Positions 39,004 through 48,355 of a DNA stretch of 64,000 nt are shown one piece after another. Source of the DNA: Giardia intestinalis (lineage: Eukaryota); NCBI GenBank assembly GCA_000002435.2, contig CM018791.1. One strand, written 5' to 3'. The first letter of the stretch is position 1; every line of letters begins with the position of its first letter. Both the position numbers and the translations under genes were made by a program. Below the pieces are notes generated by a model that worked only from the letters and a program-made list of their open reading frames with translations, ran no database searches and had not been told where the DNA came from.

Positions 39004-41439
39004 TCACTCAACTTTATACTTCGAAGAACTCAATGCATCCAACACAAGCTGCGAGAAATGCTTTATCTTTGCCTTGTTTGCATAATACAATATGCTGTTT
39101 CCAACTGAGTCTTTACACTTGCACTCCAGTGGCAGAAGCTTTTTAAAAATGTTCATTTTGACAGGATCCATGGCGTATGCAATGGCAGGCGTTCCGACTC
39201 CATCAGTCAGCCCTGCCTCACCAATAAGCATATCTATGTATGCTACTCTATTTGTCTCCACTGCGCAAACAAGTGCTGTTTTGCCCATTACGTCCTGCAT
39301 TCCCACTTCACTTTGCTGTACTGTCGCGTGCGACTCTACTTTTTCACTATTTTCTGCTTTGCGTGCAATAATTTTTGAATGAGCAAGTGCTTCTACGGCA
39401 CGATTCCAACCTAGTAGAACTGCAATCATCAGAGCGGTGTATCTCAAGCACTTGTCCTGCAGACGCGTCTCTACACCAGACAAAATATCGAAGAGCCGTG
39501 CATTTCTTAGGACCACAGTTATCATCATGGCTGTGGGAAGCCAGGGACCATACCCCATAGCAGAGATAAAGACATTGAGATACGATCCCTTGCACCTCCC
39601 AATCAAGCACTGCACAGCAGGGTAGTTCCCTTGCTCAACGTATCTAAACCACGGAGTCCATCCGTCCGTCTCTGCCCCCCACTCACCACTGTCCACTTCT
39701 GTGGGAATAACACCCCTTAGAGCATTGCAGTAATCATGCGAATAGCCTTTAGCCGAGAGAGATCTCCAACACTGCTCTGCCAGTAGGCGTATCAAGATGC
39801 TACGCAAATCGCTCAGTACATAATTATCCTCGTGTGTATATGTGAGGAGCGTTTCCAACGCATCGAGCTGCGGTTCGCTTGCACTGTGTGCAATGACAGT
39901 AAGGGCATTACATAAATCCTCGTTTCCCCCAAGTCCTTCTAGGAATGTCTTTACCGCGTCTGTTAGCGAGGCGCTGCCTTTTCGTGCCTCAGAAAAGAAA
40001 CTTGAAGGTCGATAAAACAGATACTGAACAAGAAATCCCATATTTTCTGAGATGGTGTCTAGCTGGAATATCTCACTGAGAGGTCGCTCAGTAAAAAGCT
40101 TAAATTGAGGAACATCTACTGCACTACCTTGACTAGTGGATTCAGCGATGTCAGGCAATTGTGGAGATTCTACAGCCATAGCACCACTTTTTAATTGATA
40201 CGAGGTTTGAAGCGGGGCTAGCCACTTGCATGGAGCACCGGTCTCTGTCACGTGAGAAGCCTCATGATCTATGGTCAGAAGCGGCGCTAAGCATACAGCC
40301 GCATCATCACTTGCTGTAGAGTAGCTGGCGTTTCCCGCAGTAGAGCTGCCGCATACTCCTGTAGCGCCCACTCCACAGTGCCTTCCATAGATAGCACTCC
40401 ACTTTGCAGCATCAGGGCGTTCTTTGGAGCAGTATTGGACAGAGGATTGTGGTCGATCAGTAACCGCGGTCGAATTCTGCGAGAATTCTTTTACATCGTT
40501 TGAATGGAGGCCGGCTACGATACACTTAAGCGATAAGCTTTCATTGCAGGCCATATTTTTGTTTTGAGCCATGGCAGTCCTGCCGTTTAGTTCTGAGCAC
40601 CCTTTTCGTAAGGAGCGTTTCATACTCAAGACAGTCAAAAATCGATGACAAAAACCGGAGTGTCTTTGTGTTATAATACCGCACACACCATAGTCACTAG
40701 ATCCCAGTAGCCTGCATCCTCCAGAAACCGCTGGATACATGCCAGATTCGTATTCACATGCTCGTTTATTACCGTACTTTCCGCATGGGATATAGTGTTT
40801 TACAGACACTGAAGCGTTGCGCTGTTTAGTAATCGGTTTCATATACCAACTAATACCGCTTGCCCAGCCCAAGGGCGGCCACTTGATTGCCCACTGGTTA
40901 TGCCTCTGATATCCTCGTTCTAGCACAGCAAAGCCAGTAGGAATCATTAGATTGACATCCTGAACATTTGGTTGGCCTGTTGAGATACCGCATCCATCTA
41001 ATCCATCCTCCACACTCCTATTATTCAGTTTATAATAAACAGCTTCATATCCTTTTCCTTGCGATCCGTTATACTTTACAACGCTTACGCCTTTAATAGT
41101 ACCCGTTACTTTAGTACTGAGACGGCAACACGTGTGAACGAGCCGCAGCAAGCTTCTAGACACGGTTATGCCATGAGCATGGATATCTTTACAAGCTAGT
41201 GTGGCAAGGAATGTAAACGATAAGTCGTCATTTCCACTACAAACCCACGCGGATCTTGGACGCAAGGTGCCAAAGCTTCTATTGAAATAATGTAGCTTGC
41301 TGAAGGAATTCTTTGCACGCAAACCGGCCAACTTGCCAACGCAAGAGGCTGTCAGTAGAATAGATGGAGTAGCGATTAGCTCTATCGTTCCAGAAGGCAC
41401 ACCTTGGAAATGATCTGCAGTAGGGTGGTGCAACGCCAT
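39004..41439 (-). CDS. ankyrin-repeat protein with an N-terminal Cys/His-rich non-ankyrin domain of about 270 aa
   Basis: ORF track start 41454 is GTG; ATG at 41439 follows GGAAAATAAAAGT. Ankyrin repeats in the C-terminal half (TALMIAVLLGWNRAVEAL…, TALVCAVETNRVAYIDML…). The N-terminal domain is unassigned. Confidence 0.7.
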   Translation of the reverse strand: MALHHPTADHFQGVPSGTIELIATPSILLTASCVGKLAGLRAKNSFSKLHYFNRSFGTLRPRSAWVCSGNDDLSFTFLATLACKDIHAHGITVSRSLLRLVHTCCRLSTKVTGTIKGVSVVKYNGSQGKGYEAVYYKLNNRSVEDGLDGCGISTGQPNVQDVNLMIPTGFAVLERGYQRHNQWAIKWPPLGWASGISWYMKPITKQRNASVSVKHYIPCGKYGNKRACEYESGMYPAVSGGCRLLGSSDYGVCGIITQRHSGFCHRFLTVLSMKRSLRKGCSELNGRTAMAQNKNMACNESLSLKCIVAGLHSNDVKEFSQNSTAVTDRPQSSVQYCSKERPDAAKWSAIYGRHCGVGATGVCGSSTAGNASYSTASDDAAVCLAPLLTIDHEASHVTETGAPCKWLAPLQTSYQLKSGAMAVESPQLPDIAESTSQGSAVDVPQFKLFTERPLSEIFQLDTISENMGFLVQYLFYRPSSFFSEARKGSASLTDAVKTFLEGLGGNEDLCNALTVIAHSASEPQLDALETLLTYTHEDNYVLSDLRSILIRLLAEQCWRSLSAKGYSHDYCNALRGVIPTEVDSGEWGAETDGWTPWFRYVEQGNYPAVQCLIGRCKGSYLNVFISAMGYGPWLPTAMMITVVLRNARLFDILSGVETRLQDKCLRYTALMIAVLLGWNRAVEALAHSKIIARKAENSEKVESHATVQQSEVGMQDVMGKTALVCAVETNRVAYIDMLIGEAGLTDGVGTPAIAYAMDPVKMNIFKKLLPLECKCKDSVGNSILYYANKAKIKHFSQLVLDALSSSKYKVE

Positions 41440-42252
41440 ACTTTTATTTTCCACTACGATCGAGTTACAGTTACTGTAGACCTAAGAACTTGGGCGCTTG
41501 AGGTAACCAAGACAGCTATAAGATAGCCTATGGCTTTTAATGCATATTTGTAACTTTTAGTCAGGTGTCATCTGTAACAGGAAGAATATTGCATAATAGT
41601 TTGGACAAACATACATATCTGTATAATTCGCATTAGAGATGTAAGCTACAAAGAATCAAGCGACGCATGGGTCTGTGCCTACATTACTGCACTAATCTGG
41701 TTTGGACAACGTTGGAGACCGTACACGTAACTATATAGTTCTGCTCTCTCCAGTATTGAGTTGGCTTCATAGCCTGATGACTTTGGTGGAGTAGATATGA
41801 TAGTTGCAGTTCTACAGTATTAGTTGGTATTAGAAATGAATCTGCCAATGCAGTTTCCAAGTGTTGTAGACCCGTACAGATGGATCTGGCTTTCTAGAGC
41901 TTTCTGTATTCCACAACAAACACTGACGGGCTTGATGGAGTACAGTAAGGTTCCGTTTTCTTAGAGCTGTCCTTCTTGAGCCACGAGGCATTTTAATTAC
42001 ATTGACATACCCGTTTTAACCCTTTCACTATATGCTGCACTCAAATAGTTATGCAATGTGGTCAACCATATCAAACATCTATGCCGCAGTATCTACAAAG
42101 TCGCATCCGGACCCACCGTGAGCGAAGGTTTTATTTTAATTGGTTGCAGTAAAGGCAGTAAGAGCTACAGGCTACAGACTACAGTTTAGATTGACGCCCA
42201 GCACCTACCTAGAAAATATTTGTGCACTGAAGTGTTTACTGCGTTAAGAGAA

Positions 42253-44565
42253 CTAAGAAAGGATACCTATATATCTAGTCAGATCGTGCTTAAGCGCCAG
42301 CTCGAGGGGAGAGATCCCAGGGCCCTCATGATACGAGGAATTTGTGTATACAGAGCTTTCTAGTGGGGCCAGGTAGTGTACTATATCGTCATAGCCTTGT
42401 ATTATGGCATACATTAGAGCGGTAAGCCCCTGCATGCTGATGAATGTTGCCTCTACACTCAGGAGCTTAACTGCTACCAGATCCCCTCTGTATGCCGCCT
42501 CCATGAGTGCAGTCTTACCACTAGGGTTGATGACCCTCTTATAAATATTACGCATGACAAATATGGCAACGTGGGCACCGGTCTCCACAGCCTTAAACCA
42601 CACAGGACTCAAGACACGCTTCTGCTTGGGATCGTCCAAGTGCTGTAAGAGTCCGCTATCAACAGCATAATGCAAAAGCCTCTCGATCCCAAGGTTATTA
42701 ACTTCTAAGCATCTAAATACCGAAATTATTCCATTGTTGTCATAGGGAAATGGTATATTTAAGTGGCCGGCTAGGACCTCCAAGAGTGCAGTGGCTGAGT
42801 CATAAGACTGCCGAGAGACGGCATAATCGAGAGCAGTCATGTTGCTACTGTCAATAGGCATGAGTGCTTCTATGATCTCCACAGGAGCACTCGTATGCTC
42901 AACGGAGTCTGGCTGTGGTGCCAATAATGCCTTCACATAGTGTACATCGTTAAAGATACATGCAAGCATCAAGGGTGTGACACCATCTTCATCTCTCGAA
43001 GAGCTATATTTATGTAAGTAAGTATTAAACATTTTATCATCTTTAACAGCAATGGCATAGTGCAGAGACGTGAAGCCTCTCGATCTTCCAAGATTCCTTT
43101 CTTTTTCCATTAAAAGCCGACATATCTCGCGCCTCCCTTGAAGAGCAGCAATCTTAAATCCAAATCTTCCACTCTTAGATACAAGTCCTCCATCGTATAT
43201 GGCCAACACCTTGCAGGCATCTTCACAGAAATCTTTCTGATCAAGTGCATACATCAGTGCACTGTTCCCGCTTCTATCCTGGTATCCGCCCTCAAACGGA
43301 GCCAGGTACCTCACCATCTCATAGCAGTAGTTGATGACGGCAAGGATCAATGCTGTCATATTCCCGGTTAGCTGACCTGAGGTTGAATTGAGATTGGCAC
43401 TACTACTCAGCAGTCTTACTGTCATACCTCTTCCTACAGCGGCTGTTCTGGTTCCCAAAAGAGATAGTTGGACGGAGCTACTCAGCTGCGAGCCGGATAG
43501 ATCAGAGTACGTGGATGTATCTTTACCAACAAACCCTGCTTCCCGTTCCAACAGAAGTTGTGCAAGGTCAAGGTTTTGATTATCTATAGCATGCATCAGT
43601 GCAGTCCATCCATCAGAATCCTGACAGCACGCTTCGGCACTTATCAATAGGCGGCACCCATCAGAGATAGGGAGGTAATTACAGGCCGCATGCATCAGCG
43701 CTGTCCGCCCCTTCAGATTTGCTCTCTTTAGGAATCTAAGTTGGCTATGCACAAGATCAGGGTCTCCTACCTCAAGAGCATCGAAGAGAGGAGTGTTCTC
43801 CATTGCGTCCCGTTGTATCACGGAGTCTGTTGAGAAATTATCCCAATTGAACGATCCTGCTTCAATCAGGGAGCTTCTGATGTGGTCCCCCATGTTCTCC
43901 AGAGCGCATATGGCTGCAAAGCTTGGTCGTGATAACTCTTGACCAACCATTTTCTTAAGAAGGATGGGGAGATGAGAAGTGCACATAGCGTTCTCGGGAC
44001 AGTATCGAGAAATAAGATCCTGGATAAATCTTCCTAGACGTGCTACGCTTTGCTGCTCGGACTTTATAGGATTAGATTCTAAAACGCATTCCTTTAAGGG
44101 CACGTATGCCGGCCTGTAAAGAACGTGGCCGTACGAGTCATAGTAAATTTGTTCTTCACTGAATGTAAAGAAGGCGTGGAGCTGCATGCCATTGTACTGA
44201 TAATTGTGTACCAGTTTCACGATCGCTAGCGAAACCCCTACTATTAGCTTCCAAAGCTCAAGCTCTGTCAAAATTGTACCCTGGAACTCCTGTTCTTCCA
44301 AGATTTGATCTAATCTTATACCATGACAATACTGCTCGAAAGAGTACACTTGCCTCTTGCCTCTATCGAACACTAAAGAATAGGACGTCAAGATGCCGTC
44401 TCCGTTGAGCTTTGAACCCTGAATGGATGAGCTCATGGAGTCCAGTCCTGTAGGGAGCGGTTTCAGATACCCCACAAGGTTGTGCGCTAAGAGGACTGCA
44501 GATCCTCCTGCGACAGCTGTGTTATCCAAAGAAGACAGTAAAGCAAGCTGGGTGCTGTCTATCAT
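42253..44565 (-). CDS. ankyrin-repeat protein with divergent N-terminal domain (possibly a highly degenerate NEK-like pseudokinase)
   Basis: ORF track start 44610 is TTG; ATG at 44565 follows CTAAAAAACAGTTT. About 12 ankyrin repeats (TALMHAACNY…, TALMHAIDNQ…, TALMEAAYRGDLVAVKLL…). The N-terminal about 230 aa has weak kinase-like spacing but lacks HRD and DFG. Confidence 0.7.
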   Translation of the reverse strand: MIDSTQLALLSSLDNTAVAGGSAVLLAHNLVGYLKPLPTGLDSMSSSIQGSKLNGDGILTSYSLVFDRGKRQVYSFEQYCHGIRLDQILEEQEFQGTILTELELWKLIVGVSLAIVKLVHNYQYNGMQLHAFFTFSEEQIYYDSYGHVLYRPAYVPLKECVLESNPIKSEQQSVARLGRFIQDLISRYCPENAMCTSHLPILLKKMVGQELSRPSFAAICALENMGDHIRSSLIEAGSFNWDNFSTDSVIQRDAMENTPLFDALEVGDPDLVHSQLRFLKRANLKGRTALMHAACNYLPISDGCRLLISAEACCQDSDGWTALMHAIDNQNLDLAQLLLEREAGFVGKDTSTYSDLSGSQLSSSVQLSLLGTRTAAVGRGMTVRLLSSSANLNSTSGQLTGNMTALILAVINYCYEMVRYLAPFEGGYQDRSGNSALMYALDQKDFCEDACKVLAIYDGGLVSKSGRFGFKIAALQGRREICRLLMEKERNLGRSRGFTSLHYAIAVKDDKMFNTYLHKYSSSRDEDGVTPLMLACIFNDVHYVKALLAPQPDSVEHTSAPVEIIEALMPIDSSNMTALDYAVSRQSYDSATALLEVLAGHLNIPFPYDNNGIISVFRCLEVNNLGIERLLHYAVDSGLLQHLDDPKQKRVLSPVWFKAVETGAHVAIFVMRNIYKRVINPSGKTALMEAAYRGDLVAVKLLSVEATFISMQGLTALMYAIIQGYDDIVHYLAPLESSVYTNSSYHEGPGISPLELALKHDLTRYIGILS

Positions 44566-44613
44566 AAACTGTTTTTTAGAACAATCGGAATCTATAATAG
44601 TGCAACGCAAGCC

Positions 44614-47600
44614 TTACAATGGAATCCTGAAGAGGAAGGAAGCTGTTCGAAGGCGCAGAACTTTAACTGCCATAGCAGTCGGAGTATTCTTACGGATAAC
44701 ACTTGAAATGGTCAATCGCTTTGGTCGCCTTGGCTCCTTGGGTAGTAATGACAGTTTAACTTGACTATTATGCTGTCGTGGCGTGCTTGTATGGATGTGA
44801 AGAATAGACACCTCTTTACGTTTGCAAGTTGCATGTGGGGTGATGGTGCTGTTGAAAGGTATGTCAGCAAAAGCCTTGTACCTGTAAGTATTTTGTTTAA
44901 GGGACTTAGAACTGGTGAATAAACAAAGTATCCCGTCTCTATCCAAGTGTACACCTGGAGAGTAATCGCTACCTGTCTTGAACGATCCTGATGAAGCGCT
45001 AGAGACACTCGGCGAAGAAGTATTTACGCCGGGAGGACTTGAACCTATGCTCTTTGTGTTAATCAACTCCAGCCCGACCCCTCTAAGGATATCGGGGATT
45101 GCCTTTGATGGGTAATAGTTAGACAGTAGTGTAGAGTCTGTGCTTTCTGCGGAATTACTTTGATCCAGGTCTTGGTAATCTGGTACGTATGTAGCGTTCA
45201 TTCTGTAACGCAGATGATTGCAATCAGAGCCAGTACTTGATAAAATGTCTGCCCTCTTTCTTGCCAAGGCCTTAGAGTGCAGCGCTTCAGAGTTGGCAAA
45301 GCGTTCAGTGTCCTCTTTACATTTCAAAAGCAGAGTCCGTCTCTCATGAGGGTCTCCATGTACCAGCTCCAAGTCTAGGTGATTCAGGAAATAGTCCACA
45401 AAACGGACAGGCGTTTTGGAGACAATGGCCTTGAGGTCTGGGAGAAGTATTGGCTTTAGTGCAAGCGGCTCGTCTGTAGCATCACTCCAACACATATGGT
45501 CGCCATTTTTTGTATCAGGGCTTGTGGCTGCGTTATAGTCGATTTCGCTACAATAGGTCGGTGTCTTTGGTGTTACGCAATCTGCAGTCATTTTAGTTTG
45601 GGTTCTGTTTTTATCTATCAAGGATTGTTTTTCATTATTCTTTGTACGCATAGCTAGCGCCAATCTACTAAGAGATGCTCTGATATTTGATATGCCTGCT
45701 TGCACATATTTATAAGAACTGAAGACTGTCCTAGCGTTTTGGAGTAATCTATTCTTGGGTGAGGCACTCTGTTCAAGACTCTGTGATCGAGACTTTTTAT
45801 TGTAGGAATTTAACTGGTCCTTATCAATAAAGTCAAAGTCTGAAAGTTCTGTGCCTCTATGCCCCATACTGTAATTGAGAAGAATTTCCTCGCGGTCCCC
45901 GGAGTTTATCGCGCGAACTAGCTCGTTGTAATAAGGGACTTTAAAAGTCAAAGAGTTGGTGGCCTCTACAGATAATGCAGCGTTGTATAGTTTTCTAAAT
46001 TGCTCTCCAGCTTGAGGACTAAGGTGACGGGATCTGTCCCTATTCCATACAGCTGGACATGAAATACAGTTTCGCATGGGATGCTGAAGAATAGGTACCT
46101 TCCTGAATATGCTGGTGTGGTCATGAAGAGATAAAGACTTGCCATATTCGTCTACATTTGGAAAGAGCTGTGTTCCAGGGAAGTGAAGATTGGATGGCGG
46201 AGTTGTCGAAGGGGTACTTTGTGTTGATGACTTAACAGTAAGGGGCCTCACATGTTCTATTTTCTGAACAATTGGTAGGTTGGTGCACACCAACGTTTGC
46301 CGGCCTCCCGACATGCTTGTGCTGTCAATATTTTTCTTTTTCTTTAAGAGTAGTTGCTTCAAGGTTGATAGACATACATTAGGTACATCCATCTCCGACC
46401 TATGTAGAAGAGAATATGACGGCAGAGATATTGCCTTTCGAGTTGGTCCCAGATGGCTTAGCCTTTGCCCTCTTGACTGGGCCTTATTACTGGAGACCCG
46501 TCTACTAGCGAAGGATGTGTACTTACTATTTGATGGCCCAGTCGATCTAGATTCGGAGGGACGAAATGCAGTAGCCGAATCCCCCTGCTCAGCATCTTCG
46601 GTACCTGATAGGTTGAGAGCAGATCCCTCTGGTACTAGAGGAGCTCGTGATACCCTAAGGTCTCGTAATACCAGTTTGGAAGATATATCTGCATCTTTGC
46701 TGATAGGGTGAGAGTAAGTGGAACTACCTACTTCTGAAGAGCGTTTGTTACCAGAGGGAAGCAGCTGGAGATAGGATATAACTTTGGAACGGAGTGATTC
46801 ACGCAGAGGATCCCTGGGACTTGTGGGATGCGCTGAAGAGGATTCAATGCAGTCCTCTGCCAATCTAAACGCGCGAATGGTCTGGTTTTCCTTTGCACGC
46901 ATAATTGTGGCGATTGTGGTAGAGTCCTTGTGTGTAAACACAACTGTGTCAACAGAATTGGAGGATTGCCCCTCAACCCTCTTTGAGCCCAGAGGGGTTC
47001 CAGTGATAAGTGACAAGAGGTGGTCTGGGAGGGTAAACAGATAGCTGAGTGGTTTAATGTTGTACTCCTTTAGAATTAGCAGAGCAAGATCGGCATCATC
47101 CATAACCTCTAACAGCTGACTCTGTTGGATGAGTGCCGCCTGACCTTTTAAGCGGCTATATGTTATACTCCTTGATGCGGCAGCACTCCATGCTTCAGAG
47201 GAGAAAATCCTGTCGTCGAAAAAAGGTGAACATCTTGTTGGTAAATGGTCACCATCATAACTTGAAGAAAAGAATGCTTGGAAAAAGGAATAAAGAGAGT
47301 CAAGGGACTGTAACCCACTACCAGGAAGATGTCCTGTTCCACCGTACCTAATGAACGCATCGTGGGCCTCATGTGAGACAAATGACGGGTCGAAGATGGT
47401 ATTGAGACATAGCCCCCTGACCTTTGAGTTGCAGAGCCTCATTATAAGCTCCTCTATATTATAGTCGCACCTGTATGGCAAGACAACTCCGCGATGACTA
47501 AAGGTTTGCATGATATTGCACAGCGCCAGAAAGGTTAAACGACACCGCAGCTTATCTGAGCCCTGGAGTAGTTCGGGGGCTGGTAAATTAAGAATCTCTT

Positions 47601-48213
47601 CATCAGCTGCTGGTTGTATGATTTTAGGAAATCTGCGGAGTAACTGAATAATGGACAGAGAAAGAGTGTTCAAACAGTCTATGATAGAACCTGAGTAACA
47701 CAGCAGTACAGCTTGCAGCAACAGAGCATCTGAGGTAATTATTGTGTCGATCTTTTCACTTTTTCCTCGGGGTGCATCTTGCCGAACAATGGTTGGCTTT
47801 AGAAGGATGTCCAATATCCTCTGAATATCGGGTAATCGATCCATCTGAATGAGAAGAAGTATCAAGCGCTGAGCTGCCAGGGGCGTTGGGCACATCTTCA
47901 ACGAGCATTCAAGGAGCTCGTAGGCTTCCGGATTCCTGTGCATGGACACCAGGCATGCGCCCAGTGAGCTGTAGAGCACAGCCTTGAAGATGCGTAAGTA
48001 AGCTTTGTCGCGGAACATTCGGCAGGGAGCTTGCTGATTGTGACGCGCCGTTACTAGGTCCTGCAGCTGTATGTACATATAGAGCGCCTCCTTATACTCT
48101 TCTTTCTGATACAAGAGAGACGCTCGTCTCAGAACCATATCCATTCGATGTATGTCGCTGGCCATCACATCCTCTTCGTACTTTAATTTTCCACAGCAAC
48201 AAAAACAATCCAT
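44614..48213 (-). CDS. large hypothetical protein (about 1180-1199 aa)
   Basis: Continuous 3.6-kb ORF. ATG at 48213, with an alternative ATG at 48165 that has a better A/T-rich initiator (GGAAAATTAAAGTACGAAG…). Helical N-terminal region and S-rich low-complexity middle. Confidence 0.6.
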   Translation of the reverse strand: MDCFCCCGKLKYEEDVMASDIHRMDMVLRRASLLYQKEEYKEALYMYIQLQDLVTARHNQQAPCRMFRDKAYLRIFKAVLYSSLGACLVSMHRNPEAYELLECSLKMCPTPLAAQRLILLLIQMDRLPDIQRILDILLKPTIVRQDAPRGKSEKIDTIITSDALLLQAVLLCYSGSIIDCLNTLSLSIIQLLRRFPKIIQPAADEEILNLPAPELLQGSDKLRCRLTFLALCNIMQTFSHRGVVLPYRCDYNIEELIMRLCNSKVRGLCLNTIFDPSFVSHEAHDAFIRYGGTGHLPGSGLQSLDSLYSFFQAFFSSSYDGDHLPTRCSPFFDDRIFSSEAWSAAASRSITYSRLKGQAALIQQSQLLEVMDDADLALLILKEYNIKPLSYLFTLPDHLLSLITGTPLGSKRVEGQSSNSVDTVVFTHKDSTTIATIMRAKENQTIRAFRLAEDCIESSSAHPTSPRDPLRESLRSKVISYLQLLPSGNKRSSEVGSSTYSHPISKDADISSKLVLRDLRVSRAPLVPEGSALNLSGTEDAEQGDSATAFRPSESRSTGPSNSKYTSFASRRVSSNKAQSRGQRLSHLGPTRKAISLPSYSLLHRSEMDVPNVCLSTLKQLLLKKKKNIDSTSMSGGRQTLVCTNLPIVQKIEHVRPLTVKSSTQSTPSTTPPSNLHFPGTQLFPNVDEYGKSLSLHDHTSIFRKVPILQHPMRNCISCPAVWNRDRSRHLSPQAGEQFRKLYNAALSVEATNSLTFKVPYYNELVRAINSGDREEILLNYSMGHRGTELSDFDFIDKDQLNSYNKKSRSQSLEQSASPKNRLLQNARTVFSSYKYVQAGISNIRASLSRLALAMRTKNNEKQSLIDKNRTQTKMTADCVTPKTPTYCSEIDYNAATSPDTKNGDHMCWSDATDEPLALKPILLPDLKAIVSKTPVRFVDYFLNHLDLELVHGDPHERRTLLLKCKEDTERFANSEALHSKALARKRADILSSTGSDCNHLRYRMNATYVPDYQDLDQSNSAESTDSTLLSNYYPSKAIPDILRGVGLELINTKSIGSSPPGVNTSSPSVSSASSGSFKTGSDYSPGVHLDRDGILCLFTSSKSLKQNTYRYKAFADIPFNSTITPHATCKRKEVSILHIHTSTPRQHNSQVKLSLLPKEPRRPKRLTISSVIRKNTPTAMAVKVLRLRTASFLFRIPL

Positions 48214-48355
48214 CAGTTTACGGGAGATGTATAGATTGCTGCAGACAACAAAAAGCTGTAGAAAGGCCTCTTTCGCTTAGTTTCATAGTGGAGTAGTTCA
48301 GGTCATCCTGAGAATAAATCTTGAAAGCACCACCAGAATCTTTCAAAAGAGACAT

